Assembly: GCA_963733675.1 (NCBI GenBank)
Contig: CAVTET010000004.1
Coordinates: forward strand, 64,001-128,000
Source of the DNA: an uncultured Methanosarcinaceae archaeon
GTDB lineage: Archaea > Halobacteriota > Methanosarcinia > Methanosarcinales > Methanosarcinaceae
Direction of reading: 5' to 3'
DNA: 64,000 nucleotides
Shown: positions 21,540 to 33,521 of the stretch, one piece after another
Numbering within the stretch: position 1 is the first letter of the stretch
How the letters are laid out: each line of letters begins with the position of its first letter
Notes under the pieces: model-generated
Databases searched by the model: none
The model's input: only the letters and a program-made list of their open reading frames with translations
Told to the model about the DNA's origin: nothing
Position numbers and translations under genes: made by a program

Positions 21540-22247
21540 CTGCGGTCCTTAAAGATCGATATCTTTAGAGCGTGTAGAATCAGAGAACTGGAAGACCTCA
21601 AAGATCAAGACTTTCCAGTACTTCAAGAATCAGGAATGACAACAAATCTTCACCCTATAAAGTTGTTAGCCTATACAATTCTTTAAGTGTGAAATTTTCT
21701 ACTTAATTCCTTTCTGAGATTTTTGATTTTACAGACAAATTAGTACTCTGCCTGATGCGGCAATGTACATAGTTTTCTGTAAAATTAAAAAAGTCATAGA
21801 TCCAATGCAGTCAATAACCAAAACGCTTGGATAAGGATACGGTCACTATGCTGAAGTGAAATTTTTCTATGCACAGTTTTTGTGCTAAAAGCTTTGAATT
21901 TTCAAAGTTCCACCCAAAATAAGAAAACATTATTACTATTACTCATGGAGTTTATGGGACTCTTAGAGCATATGAAGCTCCTGGAACACTTGGAACTAAT
22001 TAACCCAAACAACCATTGTAAATAGAATATTATGAAAAAAATAATTAGATAGTGCTCTAACCAAAATTAAGAATATGAATAAACTGAATTAAAAACTCAT
22101 TTTTTCAATATCATAGTCTCAATTAATAAATTTCGAATAAATTTCTCAATCTTTTTATTTTCAATAATAAATAAATTTTTAATATGTTTTACTATGCCGT
22201 TTACGTTTATATATCTGGATATCAGTGGATATGAATAAACTGAATCA

Positions 22248-22397
22248 GGTTGTGGTGCAAAAATAATATTTCTGCATTTTGACACTATAATTTTCACCTT
22301 TATGTATCATTTTCTTTCTAATGAAAATGATTAACTTTCCTAATTGTGAAGGTTTTTTCTGATTTTGCAAGAAAACCAGATTTTTTGCAACGGAACC
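22248..22397. mobile_element. IS6-type miniature element(s)
   Basis: GGTTGTGGTGCAAAAA ... TTTTGCAAGAAAACC followed by TTTTTGCAACGGAACC. Confidence 0.55.
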
Positions 22398-22930
22398 AGA
22401 TTTTTTGACGAAACTTGTAAATCGATGTTTAATCTCCTTGAATCCTTATATCGTTATTTCTATGAATAATTGAGCAATAAAGGCTAAGAGAATAGCCCAA
22501 TAAATGCTGCTTATTTTACCATACTCTCTATGACTTAATCTGATTTTTTTCAACGAGTTGAATACTTTCTCAAAAAAGATTTTTTCCTACATATTTGCAA
22601 TCCCCTTAAGAATGTAAAATCCTTGTAGTCTAACAAAATCAAATTTAGTTAGACTATAAAGATCACATTTCAGATATTATGTAGTCTCTGATAACTATTT
22701 ATATTCATTTGCAATTTTCCCTTTAAAATGAACAAATAAAAACTTCATCTATAAATCTTAATCCATTCTCACCAATGTACTTCCCACAAATTTCTCAATT
22801 TTTCGGTTGGATTTAGCTGCAATTACAAATTAAGCTCTTCCTCATACATTTTTGAGATAACTTCCAAGTTGAAAAATTTTCTATCCATTTATATAAGGTT
22901 CCCAATTTTTCTCCCATTATTTAAATCCTA
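22398..22930 (-). pseudogene. IS1634-like transposase remnant
   Basis: FEKVFNSLKK...SIYWAILLAFIAQLFIE...KEIKHRFTSFVKK; truncated at the IS6 end. Confidence 0.5.
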
Positions 22931-22949
22931 TCGAATAATTATTTTGTAA

Positions 22950-23730
22950 GGGTTGAATATTCTTTGCTTAGCTCATTTATGTGAATAAAATTAAGTATTA
23001 TTTTAGGGCAACTGAGACTTTTAGATATTCTAATTGGATATGACGGACTGAATAGATTTTTACTATCACTTTTTGGGACAAAAACTGGACGAAACGCTCC
23101 AAGCACTTCTAAGTTTATGTTTAGGCCTGCAATATGGCTTAGAAACCTTATCAAACCTGAAAAACGAAAAGTTCTGGCTTCATTGATTATTATCGATAAG
23201 AATTTATGATAGAGCTGCTTTTTCAAATGATCCAGAAATGAAAGCCGCATATTTCACAGGTGATCCTTATCTAGCGTTTGCAAAACAGGCGGGAGCAGGG
23301 CCACTGAATGCGACAAAATCAATTCATTAAGCTGCAAGAGAGCTTTTTAAAACGTTTGTATTGGGCGTTCGATATGGTATGCTGTCAGATAATTTGGCTT
23401 TGCGTATAGGCAAATCTACTCCATACGCGAAAGAACTACTAAGGTACCATAAACGGATTTATAAAACATATTGGAACTGATGCGAGCACGTATTAGACAC
23501 AACCCTGTTGTTTAAACGCATCACGACCTGTTTTCGTTGGCAAATGCATATTTTTGGCGGGGAAAAGAAAGAAGACAGAACTATCACAAATCTCCCTTGT
23601 CAAGCAACAGGTGCAGAAATTCTCAGAGTTGCCTGTATCCTCTTGTAGAGAATAATATCAAAATCATTGCTCCTATACGTGACACAATTCTTATCGAATG
23701 CGACGAAGAAGAGGCAGATGAGATTAAAGA
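22950..23730 (+). pseudogene. Family A DNA polymerase, polymerase-domain relic
   Basis: FGTKTGRNAPS, WLRNLIKP, SNDPEMKAAYFTGDPYLAFAKQAG, motif B RELFK..VLGVRYGM, NLPCQATGAEILR and degraded motif C APIRD. Confidence 0.75.
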
Positions 23731-24058
23731 GGTTTATCCCGATGCCTAGGTCATTGATCGCACGACTGTAAACGCGTGGGAGGATAGCAGCATCATAGCC
23801 CACATCAATAAATACGGGGAAGGCAAAATAGTTATGGTTGGACCGTGAACCTCAGTTTGCGTTGTGGATCCTGCGCTTTCGGCAATCGATCAAGGTTTCG
23901 AAGTGTATGTAGTAACCGATACCTGTGGTGATATCACCGACAAAACGTATGAGCTGGCTATGGAACGTATGATCCAATGCGGCATAAGGCCGATGACATC
24001 GATGCAATATTTGCTAGAGTTACAGCGGAATTGGGCACACGTTGATACTTACGAAACC
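23731..24058 (+). pseudogene. YcaC-like isochorismatase (cysteine hydrolase) C-terminal fragment
   Basis: IDRTTVNAWED, TSVCVVDPALSAIDQGFEVYVVTDTCGD, MERMIQ and LLELQRNW. Confidence 0.75.
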
Positions 24059-24224
24059 TTTAAAGGAGTTGTTGCCATTTGCGGCAAACAGATACGTGGG
24101 GTGCAACAGGCCGGCAGCCATGAGACAGCACTGCAAGTTATTTCTGCCTATGCTAATGAAGCAGGATCGGTTATCTATCAGCGCTGTGTTGATGGAAAAA
24201 AACAATGAAATCGAGATAACCTGA
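24059..24224 (+). pseudogene. ISAs1-like transposase fragment
   Basis: GVVAICGKQIRG...LQVISAYANEAG...VDGK/NEI resembles the ISAs1 AIDGK...KSNEI region. Confidence 0.55.
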
Positions 24225-25735
24225 ATCTGGTTTTTGCACCCCAAATTGCGTCCTAAATGTATGAGACCTCCTGATTTAATATGAGACCATAAGAATTAGA
24301 AGATTTAGAACACTGGCGTAAAATCGGGGCTTCTGCTAATGTCTAGAGCAAGATATCGGGACATTGAATCGAAATAGAATTCCCAAAGGGGCTGGAGTGT
24401 GATTCAAACTACTGACTGGGATGGGAGCCAGCAAGGATGCAGCCCTATTCAACAGATTTTTATCTTCATAAGATGATACAATAATTTAGAATATCTATCA
24501 TGAGGGATAAACTGATAGTTTTCAGAATAGGTTGCTGAAGCTAAAATATTAGTACCATAATGGATTGGATATTTCATCGATTCAGGAAAAGCAGCTTTAT
24601 TAAATATTCTACAATAAAAAAAGGTTTTCATAAAACTTTGAGCTTATCCTCTTGTTTCTTAATATATCACTCATTTCCAGGAAATGTTCTTTTACTGTTA
24701 TTTCATTGTTCCATTATAACTTCTTGATTTTGCTCCATAGTATCCTTTGTCTATTAAAAACACTTTATTTTTGCTGATAAATCTACCTGCGAATCATGAA
24801 GTGACGTAGTTGTTGTTTTGAACCTTCTGATTGGCTTATAATCTCTGGCAATTATTCTATGAAGTTTTTATCCGAAGTGTGACTGATCACCCTTTTTTAT
24901 TCAGGTTCCGTCTCTGCTTCTCTATCTTTTTGCTTCGTTTTCTCGAGGTTCAGCAGCTTTTGAAGGTCCAGGATCTAAATGGATAAAAGTAGCGTTCTGA
25001 ATCATTCTCGGTTTTATTTTAAAACCAAGGCAATAAAGTTGAATTTAAAAACTGTCCCTATATTTAATTTTCTAAACCAAAAATTACCTGAAAAAAATCA
25101 ATAAAATTGTTTTTCAAGTTCAAGATCTGAAAGACCATGCCTTTGCTTTAAAAAAATCATTTTAAAAATAATGATTACTTTAGCTCTGTGTCTTTCTCAA
25201 AAAAATTTCCTATTTAATATATGGCTCAAAAATGATGTGAAAAGGTTTCTAATAAATTAAGGAATCAATTTCAGCAAGTTTGTCACCAACTTACTTGAGA
25301 TTTATTTATTTTCCTATAAAAGTAAAACAAGTAAAAGTCTTCATGAGTAAATATTATTGTTCGGGATTTAAACTATTCAATAATCAAATGCAAAGGTTTT
25401 TTATAGAAATTCTCTTAAGTCTCTAGTGTAACCCAAGTTTGGGTTTTCATGCACTGAGATATATCTTATCCAAATAGTCTCAATGAAGTGAAAACAAAAG
25501 AACTGGAACATGACACCAAGTACATTTTGGAAATAAAATAAACCAAATGATAGAAAGCGATCAAAAACTAAGAACTTTTTTTATTTTACTAATGCGCAAT
25601 ATATTTCTAGATAGTCCTTTATTAGTAGCAATACTCATTGATCCTTCGCCTTATAATATTATTGTTCATATGCTTGGTTTATACTTACGAGTTTGAAGTA
25701 TGATAAAGTCCCTCTATTTATCAGGTGGAATAAGC

Positions 25736-26563
25736 ATGCTTGAAGTATACTGCGATTCTTCTTATTACGAAAATGAGGACTCATATATTGGCTGTACGGT
25801 GCTTCGAAACGGGAGGCAGATCCATCAATCCACCACTAAAGCCAAGAATTGCCTTGGAAGCAATCTTAATTGCGAACTTGAAGCCCTTGATTTCGCAGTC
25901 ACCCTGGCTAACATTTTTTCTGAAAATGACAAGGAGATAATTATTTATAACGATTCCACAGAGGCTGTAAAGTTTTTTCAGGCTAAAAGGGAAGAAGTTG
26001 AAAAGAAGTTTTTGGGATTCAGTGTCAGCTTTGAATACATACCCAGAGAAAAAGTAAATCAGGTAATTGCTGATAGCCTTTCTAAAAAGTTTCCTATCTT
26101 TTTCCTGAATGTTCCTACCTTTAAAGTTGAATCTTTTTCACGGCGCGTAGACATTCTATCAGATATTGCCAAAAACAGACGTAGTGTTCTTTATCTAGAA
26201 AAAGATGAGGAATTGTCTACGAAAAAAAAGATCTGCTACAGGCTAGTAATCCGCACAGTGGATAAAATCCTATCAGATGAACTACTTTATATTGTAAAAA
26301 AGGGGGGCTTAGGCGCTCAGGTCAAAGTTGGAGAGGAAATAAAGAGAAATCTATCTGATCCAATGGTCATTTCTGTCCTGAAAGCAAAGGGTATAAGTCT
26401 TGAAGATTCTTATTTCCTGATAACAGATGATACATGGGGTCTACGAGGTACCGATAATCAGGCATACTCCATCTTGCCCTTTTCTGTTCCTCACAGAATT
26501 ATCTGTGATGAAGTTGACAGATCTTCTCAAAATCTTTTTAGGCGAGTCGAGCGCTTTAAATAA
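25736..26563 (+). CDS. RNase H-like domain protein with an uncharacterised C-terminal domain
   Basis: EVYCDSSY, CELEAL, IYNDS and IPREKVNQVIADSLS match the RNase HI acidic-residue layout; SD GGTGG before ATG 25736. Confidence 0.75.
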   Translation: MLEVYCDSSYYENEDSYIGCTVLRNGRQIHQSTTKAKNCLGSNLNCELEALDFAVTLANIFSENDKEIIIYNDSTEAVKFFQAKREEVEKKFLGFSVSFEYIPREKVNQVIADSLSKKFPIFFLNVPTFKVESFSRRVDILSDIAKNRRSVLYLEKDEELSTKKKICYRLVIRTVDKILSDELLYIVKKGGLGAQVKVGEEIKRNLSDPMVISVLKAKGISLEDSYFLITDDTWGLRGTDNQAYSILPFSVPHRIICDEVDRSSQNLFRRVERFK

Positions 26564-27480
26564 TTTTCCTTTCCGACGTCGTCTACTTTCCTTATCAAGA
26601 CATTTTTGACTTGATAATTCTTTTTGTTATTTTGTTCACTACATAAAATTTCTATGAATAAAATATACTCCGCTATAGACGTGAGAAGTAAATGTGACAA
26701 AGTCAAGGTAATTGTAATGATAATATAAGATAGTGTACCGATTTTTCTGTAAAATCATAAATCTTAATAATTTAGGGGGATGGAAATCTCACATCAAGAA
26801 AACCAAATTATATCTATTATGTATAAATTTTACATGCTATTTAAGGCAAATTTGCGACACTGCTGAATTTCCACATATTAAGTACATTCAAAAATGTAGG
26901 ACTTCTTCGGATCTAGATCCCCTTCGTACAGATTAAGAATGTCGTACATATATGTCTATTATTCGGAGTCAATAGTCTGAATGCACCACAAGCTTCTCAA
27001 AAAGGACTTAATTTTGCGTTTTTTAGAATAAGCTTGATGTTATCATTGTTTGTTGCTTCAATCTTTTTTCCTCAGTTTTTCAATAAATAGTGTAATCTAT
27101 CACTTCTTGATCCTATCGGACGGACTTATATATTTTTTAGCTACTGTTTCTGTAACCTGCTTCTCAGTGTATTTTCTAGGTTTATTAGATATTTGTTAGT
27201 TCAAAAAGCACTTTAGATTCCTTCTTCCAAGTGTCTTTTAGATTATCAAAACAGAATTCCTACAAAAACCTGATGTTTTCTTTATCTTTTTGTTCCATTT
27301 TTGCTGCTTTTTCAGTATTTAAGATACTTATTCTTGTGAGTTCTTTTGGTTTTTTGTCGCTTTTTTACAAAGTCCATAAGAAAATTTATTTCATCATCTT
27401 CAAGTTTTGTTTATGAAATGAAGATGTGAAGGGATTCATAGATTAGTGTGACAATTAATTAAATTGTTGAGACAATAGGC

Positions 27481-29355
27481 TCAAAGCTTCTTAACGTGCC
27501 GAATATCCACAGCAACTCCTCTATTGGACTGTATCATTTCATTTCCGTTCATAAGTGACCTGCCTACGCAGAGGGCTCGATCTCCAAGAACAATCACTTC
27601 ATCATTAGGTCTTATTTGCGGATCTGCTTTCAGTATTCCCGGAGCAAGAATGGAATTGCATGGGACAAAATCATCTATATTTACCACGTATTTCCCATTT
27701 TTTGACATAAGTTCCCCTCCATCAAGCGAAAGAGCAAGCATACCATACTGTGGAACTAAAGTTGCAAATTGTTTTTTCCCAACAAAGAGCTGGTACTTTG
27801 GGAAATGGCCTTTGATAACAAGCTTTTCTGCTTTTTCATCGAAGAGAAGTCGGCTAGCTTCTCCGAACTGATAAGTTGCAATTGCCTTCATAATATTCTT
27901 CTTTTTCTCTTCTGCATTCAAGCTTTTCTTGCTAAAATCTCCAGCTGTGCAAAAAGATTCAACAACATTTTTTAGATTTGAAAGAGCTTCTATCGACACA
28001 AGGTTTTCTTTAGCTGTGTAGATGATTTTAATTTCAAGTTTATTTGCTACCCTCTCGCAAATTTCTTTGTATGCCCCTTCTACATGTGCTATCACTTTTT
28101 TATAACTATATTTTGAGAGATAAGTTTCAAGACAGCCGGAAACCCAACTTTTTTCGCCTTCGTCCCAATGTCCCGTAACCGCAGTATCGTAATGGGCTGC
28201 AGGGTAGGTTAATTCTAGTTCTCTGGGCACTATTCCAAGGGGTGAGGTTAATATTACTTCATGAATAAACTTGCGATGATTTCCAAGGGCCAAAATGAAT
28301 TTCTGATGGGATTGAGAGGTTGAATAGGGTTTTTTGGCTGCACATGGGAGAATCAGGAGGATATCAAGATCTGGAGGGTTATATCTTTCATGTACACGCT
28401 TTGCGAACCTTGTCACTTCTATTCGAGATAGCGCTTCCGAAGTATTTGCAAGGAGCTGGTTTTGCCGGAAAGCAGGAACTTTTTCCTCAAGATAATAATA
28501 TTCAAAATCTCCAAGGCGTAGCAGGGCTGTGAGCCAGGGCCTGACCCTACACTGGCCTTCAACATATTCCCGCAGTGTTCCTGTTCGTATTCTTTCACGG
28601 ATAAGGGAAAGCTCTGACTCAAGGGCAGTTCTATTGTGCGCGATTAAGAATTTTGCTCTATCATTTTTCGGAAGATTTCTTAGCTCTGCTGGCCTTGTGT
28701 GAGCACATACCCTGCATCTACAGGGAAATTCGGTCAGGTTTTCAAGATGAAAACTGCCTGAAGTTATGAGATAAATGTCTGAATAGGCTGCAATTACTGT
28801 CCGGGTATCGTCTAGAATATCGATTCCAAAATAGATCAGCATTGCTACATTTTCAGGAAGTGCTAGGTTTGGAGCATATAATGCCGTATCTGGGGGAATG
28901 CGGTCTTTCAGCTTAAAAAGGATTTCGAGAAACTTTCGAGCATTGTTTTCAAAGATACCTGCACCTTCCATTATATAAAGATCACTTTTCAGAGTATCTC
29001 CTTTTGTCCTGAGAAGGGAACCTATGGGGCCTTCAGTTTTTTTCCCACAGTCAGTGGTTAATGTTCTGATCTTTCCCCTTGATTCGGTTGAGATGGAAAG
29101 GGGGTAAACCTGATGTGGTAGGATTATAAGAGTTCCATTTTTTGTTTTTTCCCGGATTTGTTTTACGCGTTCTTCAAGCTTTACATCGGATTCAACACCC
29201 CAAAAGCTACCTACATCTATAATGGAGCCAGGATTTTTAATGTTCCCGAGCTCTGAAGTATTTATAATGCAGGGAGTACGAAGTTCTGGTACTAACATAA
29301 GTTTCCCGATTCTGGCTGCTCCATCTCTTTTTTCTATCTCAAAGTACTGTGTCAT
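27481..29355 (-). CDS. arcS: Archaeosine synthase subunit alpha (ArcS/TgtA2)
   Basis: FEIEKRDGAARIGK, LPCAAKKPYSTSQSH, TSPLGIVPRELELTYPAAHYD and a C-terminal PUA domain. Confidence 0.9.
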   Translation of the reverse strand: MTQYFEIEKRDGAARIGKLMLVPELRTPCIINTSELGNIKNPGSIIDVGSFWGVESDVKLEERVKQIREKTKNGTLIILPHQVYPLSISTESRGKIRTLTTDCGKKTEGPIGSLLRTKGDTLKSDLYIMEGAGIFENNARKFLEILFKLKDRIPPDTALYAPNLALPENVAMLIYFGIDILDDTRTVIAAYSDIYLITSGSFHLENLTEFPCRCRVCAHTRPAELRNLPKNDRAKFLIAHNRTALESELSLIRERIRTGTLREYVEGQCRVRPWLTALLRLGDFEYYYLEEKVPAFRQNQLLANTSEALSRIEVTRFAKRVHERYNPPDLDILLILPCAAKKPYSTSQSHQKFILALGNHRKFIHEVILTSPLGIVPRELELTYPAAHYDTAVTGHWDEGEKSWVSGCLETYLSKYSYKKVIAHVEGAYKEICERVANKLEIKIIYTAKENLVSIEALSNLKNVVESFCTAGDFSKKSLNAEEKKKNIMKAIATYQFGEASRLLFDEKAEKLVIKGHFPKYQLFVGKKQFATLVPQYGMLALSLDGGELMSKNGKYVVNIDDFVPCNSILAPGILKADPQIRPNDEVIVLGDRALCVGRSLMNGNEMIQSNRGVAVDIRHVKKL

Positions 29356-30487
29356 GTTTGTCCTCTTATGTCTATTATGATGTAAAGGTTTATCATCTTC
29401 TAATTCTGGAAATTTGTTCATTCAGTGTGATTTTGTTTTAAATTTGAAAGCTCTCTTGCATATTTTTCTTTCTCCAGATCATTTAAGTTCCTACATTTGC
29501 ACTATTGGGGCATGATAGCTCACAATGCAAGTTGAATACACTGTGCTAAATACTGTACTGCTATAAACTATGTTAGCGACCTGAAAATGGTTCCTGCGGA
29601 TGGGGCAATAATCTACACAGGCTCAATAATGCTGAAATCTGCTGCATGCTATTATCTGATGCATTTTATTATAGGGATTGAATGTATTCTCGGAATTGTC
29701 ACAAAAGCTGCCTAAAGGTTGCTCCTATCCTTAAAACTCGCAAACTAGTTATCTCCCCTCCTTTGAAAATGCAAAAATTATAGGACAGGCAGTGTTAAAA
29801 GACTTTTTCAAATTGGGTTCTTCTCTAAGCCTGCGGGGTCCTGAACATAGTTTCCCTGCAGGTTCTCAAAAGCTGCTACCAAAGATTGTGCTTCCTCCAG
29901 ACGAATATATTTTTCTCTTCGAGTTGAAAAACACTGAAAATTCAGCACTTGGAGCTAACGAGCAAATAATACATGTACGTTCTTCTCTTGCTCCAAAAAT
30001 TTATTATTATTTTCTAACATTTAGACTGATTTGAAAACCAAAATTAGAACAAACTTCTTGCTCAAAATAACAATTGAGTTAATGTTCAAAAAAAGTAAGG
30101 TGGATAAAACTTTCATTTATTTGAGCCTTTTATTCAAAAAATTTCATAGCTGTTTTTAAAAATGGTTTAGAGTTGATGAGATTCGGAAATACTGGCTGAA
30201 AAATATTTTTTCTTTTGTCTGATCTCACAATAGTAATTCTCTCTAATACCAACCTACATCCTGCAGCTGTACACGGATGTATAATTTGTTTGCCTATTTG
30301 CCCACTATTTTCATTGAAAGTTGAATTAATTTTGAAGCTACTGTAATATTGAGAAAATAGATGGTATTTTTGTGTGCATCTATGAAAGTGGATGCCAACA
30401 TAATGTTTTTATTTTCGAAAAACTACTTTTGTTTACTGAACTCTAAGTAGGGTATAAATCTTAGATGTAAGTTAGGAGAAGCGAATT

Positions 30488-30747
30488 GTGAGTTGTAAAC
30501 CTATTACTTTTTGTAACGTTTCGCTTGACATTTTTAAGTACATGAAGAAAAAGCTTCCGGATACAGAGATACATATACCACCTGGAAATAAAGGAGAGCC
30601 TTCATGGGCTGGAATTGTGGCAGATTTTGAATGGGATGGGGAGTCTCTAAGCTTACCATCAAAATCACGAAAAAACCCCTTTTCATCAGTTGTGATGTCG
30701 CAGCTTATAAAATAAAAAAATTCGTGATAGAACGCCAGGGTTCATGA
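30488..30747 (+). pseudogene. Small Cys-containing hypothetical protein, paralogue 1, frameshifted after FEWDGES
   Basis: The shifted frame continues LTIKITKKPLFISCDVAAYKIKKFVIERQGS*, aligning with the paralogue 2 C-terminus. Confidence 0.65.
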
Positions 30748-30769
30748 AGAAAGATTTAGGATTGAGAGC

Positions 30770-31051
30770 ATGAGTGGTAGGAAACTGGATAGTGAAGGTT
30801 GTCAGGGCATTAAGCTTAATAATGTTACTCTGGAAGTGTTTTCCTGTGTGAAGAAAAAACTTAGTAGCTACGGGCTCGTAGTTTTATCTGGAAATTCCGG
30901 AGTATTTAAAGGAGATGGAATAGTTGCTCACTTTATTTGGGATGGTGAGTCAAATTTTGTGATTGAAATTAAAGAACGTTCTCTTAATACTTACTGTGGG
31001 CAGGTAAGCAGAAAACTGAGGTCTTTAGTGCGTGAATGTCAGGGATTATGA
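30770..31051 (+). CDS. Small Cys-containing hypothetical protein, paralogue 2
   Basis: NNVTLEVFSCVKKKL...GIVAHFIWDGES...VRECQG. Confidence 0.7.
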   Translation: MSGRKLDSEGCQGIKLNNVTLEVFSCVKKKLSSYGLVVLSGNSGVFKGDGIVAHFIWDGESNFVIEIKERSLNTYCGQVSRKLRSLVRECQGL

Positions 31052-31151
31052 AAGAAAATCCGACTCAGGGATCAAGAAGATATATATTGTATAGCACAAT
31101 ATTTCAAAATTTAATCGTGCTTTTCTAAGAATTTGAGCTATTTTAAGTGCT

Positions 31152-33314
31152 TTATCTATTTTTCCTTTTTATCAAACAGTTGTGTGCATTTCCCACAAGA
31201 TCAAATCTTCCTGCTTTTTCAAGAGCTTCATAAACAAGTTCGTAATTATCAGGACTCTTGTAGTGCATAAGGGCCCGCTGCATCACTTTTTCTTTTTTAG
31301 TTCTTGCAACGTACATTTTTTTGCCTGTGAATGGGTCAAGCCCTGTGTAATACATGCAGGTCGCTACTGTCATGGGCGTTGGGGTAAAATCCTGTACATT
31401 TTCTGTATAGCCCCCATGGTCTCGCACATATTCTGCCATTTCGATCATATCTTCAAGGGTGCAGCTAGGATGTCCTGACATCAGATAATTTACTATATAC
31501 TGTTCTTTGCTGTATTTTTTGTTGAGGGTAGCAAATTTATCGGCAAATTTTTCGTATGTTTCTCTACCGGGTTTGCGCATCGAACTCGTGACCCGCTTTG
31601 AGAAATGTTCCGGTGCAATACGAAGTTGTCCGCTTATATGGTGAGCACAGAGTTCTTCAAGATATTCTTCATCCTCAAGAGCCAAGTCGTAGCGCACTCC
31701 ATAGCCGGTAAATACCTTCTTGACTCCTGGAAGTTCGCGTATGTGGCGCATGAGTTCTAGTAACTTTTTGTGGCTAGTATCCAGAGCAGGGCATATGTGT
31801 GGGTAAAGGCATGATTTATCAAGGCAAGCACCTTTTTTCATCCAGATTTTGCACTCCATTCCATACATATTAGCACTTGGACCTCCAACTCCGGTTATAA
31901 TTCCTTTGAAGTCTGGTTTTTCTGTAAGTTTTTTCGCCTCACGCAGGATGGACTCGGTGTTGCGGCTTGAAATCATGCGTCCCTGGTGCTGAGTAATAGC
32001 GCAGAATGCACAGCCTCCAAAGCAACCTCTGTGCGTTGTCAGGGAAAATTTTATCATTTCAAGGGCTGGGATAGGTTTATCATATAAGGGATGAGCTTCG
32101 CCAGTAAATTGTAGCTCATATACATGGTCCATTTCAGTGCCTGTCAGAGGTCTCATAGGCCTATTTTGAATGATAATGGTTTTTGGGTGAGGCTGAGTAA
32201 CACCTTTTCCAATAAAAGGATTCTGTTCCAGGAATTGCATACGAAAAGCCTTTGCAAAGGCTACTTTGTCCTGAGTAACTTCGGAAAAGGAGGGTATCTC
32301 TATATAACCTTTGCAAAATTTTGCAACTTTCTCATATAACTCATCATCTTCTTCTCCAAATACTACAGGTTGTCTCTCCCCCGCCCTGTCACCTTTTTCT
32401 TTAAGCTCTTTCCAGGCTTTAATTTCCATCTTCCAGACTGTGCCTGGAATGTTTCTTATCTCCTTGATATCTTCCCCTACCTGTAATCGTCTTGCAAGCT
32501 CCACAATCTGCAGCTCCCCCATACCATAAATTACTAAATCTGCAGGGGCATCAGCCAAAATTGATTGTCTGACTTTATTCGAAAGGTAGTCGTAATGTGC
32601 AAAACGTCGTAGAGAAGCCTCAATGCCTCCAATTATAATTGGTGTCTTAGGAAAGGCTTCTTTTATCCTGTTAGAGTAAATAATCACTGCACGATTGGGG
32701 CGGAGTCCTGTTTTGCCTCCAGGGGAATAAGCATCCTTATTCCGCGGTTTTAGACCTGGGGTTAGATTGTTGATCATGGAATCTGTGTTTCCAGCGCTTA
32801 TGGAAAAGAAAAGCTTTGGCATTCCAAGTTTCTTGAAATCCTCTGAGTTATCCCATCTTGGCTGGGCAATGATTCCTACTCGGAAACCAGCGTCTTCAAG
32901 AACCCTTCCAATAATTGCGGTTCCAAAACTAGAATGGTCCACATAAGCATCTCCAGTGACAAGGATAATGTCAAGTTCTTTCCAGCCACAGGCTTTTACC
33001 TCTTCAGAGCTCATCGGAAGAAATTTTGATGTAGGTATACGTGAAAAAATATATTTTTCAGACTTATTTTCTTTTTTTGTCATTTTTTTCTTTTTATTTT
33101 CGGATCCTTTCTCAGGTTTTTTTTCTATTTTTTCTGAAAATTTGATTTTCAGCATTTCGGATTTAAGTCTTGGCTTCGATCTCGATTTTAAGTCTGCTCT
33201 TATTTTGACTCCCATGGGGACAAATAAATCCGTTTTCCCTAATAATCTTACTTTATCCGATTTTTCTATGATATATTTTTTATTTTCTTTAGTAAATGGT
33301 TTGTTTGTCGGCAT
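31152..33314 (-). CDS. YgiQ-family (UPF0313) radical SAM protein
   Basis: VTGDAYVDHSSFG, GGIEASLRRFAHYDY, CFGGCAFC and QDFTPTP; exact start uncertain. Confidence 0.9.
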   Translation of the reverse strand: MPTNKPFTKENKKYIIEKSDKVRLLGKTDLFVPMGVKIRADLKSRSKPRLKSEMLKIKFSEKIEKKPEKGSENKKKKMTKKENKSEKYIFSRIPTSKFLPMSSEEVKACGWKELDIILVTGDAYVDHSSFGTAIIGRVLEDAGFRVGIIAQPRWDNSEDFKKLGMPKLFFSISAGNTDSMINNLTPGLKPRNKDAYSPGGKTGLRPNRAVIIYSNRIKEAFPKTPIIIGGIEASLRRFAHYDYLSNKVRQSILADAPADLVIYGMGELQIVELARRLQVGEDIKEIRNIPGTVWKMEIKAWKELKEKGDRAGERQPVVFGEEDDELYEKVAKFCKGYIEIPSFSEVTQDKVAFAKAFRMQFLEQNPFIGKGVTQPHPKTIIIQNRPMRPLTGTEMDHVYELQFTGEAHPLYDKPIPALEMIKFSLTTHRGCFGGCAFCAITQHQGRMISSRNTESILREAKKLTEKPDFKGIITGVGGPSANMYGMECKIWMKKGACLDKSCLYPHICPALDTSHKKLLELMRHIRELPGVKKVFTGYGVRYDLALEDEEYLEELCAHHISGQLRIAPEHFSKRVTSSMRKPGRETYEKFADKFATLNKKYSKEQYIVNYLMSGHPSCTLEDMIEMAEYVRDHGGYTENVQDFTPTPMTVATCMYYTGLDPFTGKKMYVARTKKEKVMQRALMHYKSPDNYELVYEALEKAGRFDLVGNAHNCLIKRKNR

Positions 33315-33521
33315 AATCTGTTTCCGAACTACTCATTTTCTTCGATTTCCAGGTACACATATGCTAAAGTTATTTCCATACTTAAGTTTTTTTAGTGTCA
33401 TAGCAATTTAATTATATAAACTGATAATTAGATAGCTTCTTATCAGCATACTAAAATTCAAGATTTTATTTAGGTAATTAATGGTTAAATTGTTTGGACA
33501 CTAGGTTTCTCTGGATCTTCT

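Noticed and set aside
25700-26563. Reverse transcriptase, retron or DGR
   Set aside because: Only an RNase H-like domain is present; no YxDD motif and no template/variable repeat pair was seen.
26940-27420. Probable decayed coding DNA (also 18745-19000, 21560-22050, 24660-25000, 29480-30060, 47400-47950, 59300-59820)
   Set aside because: Coding-like composition but no family could be recognised by eye.
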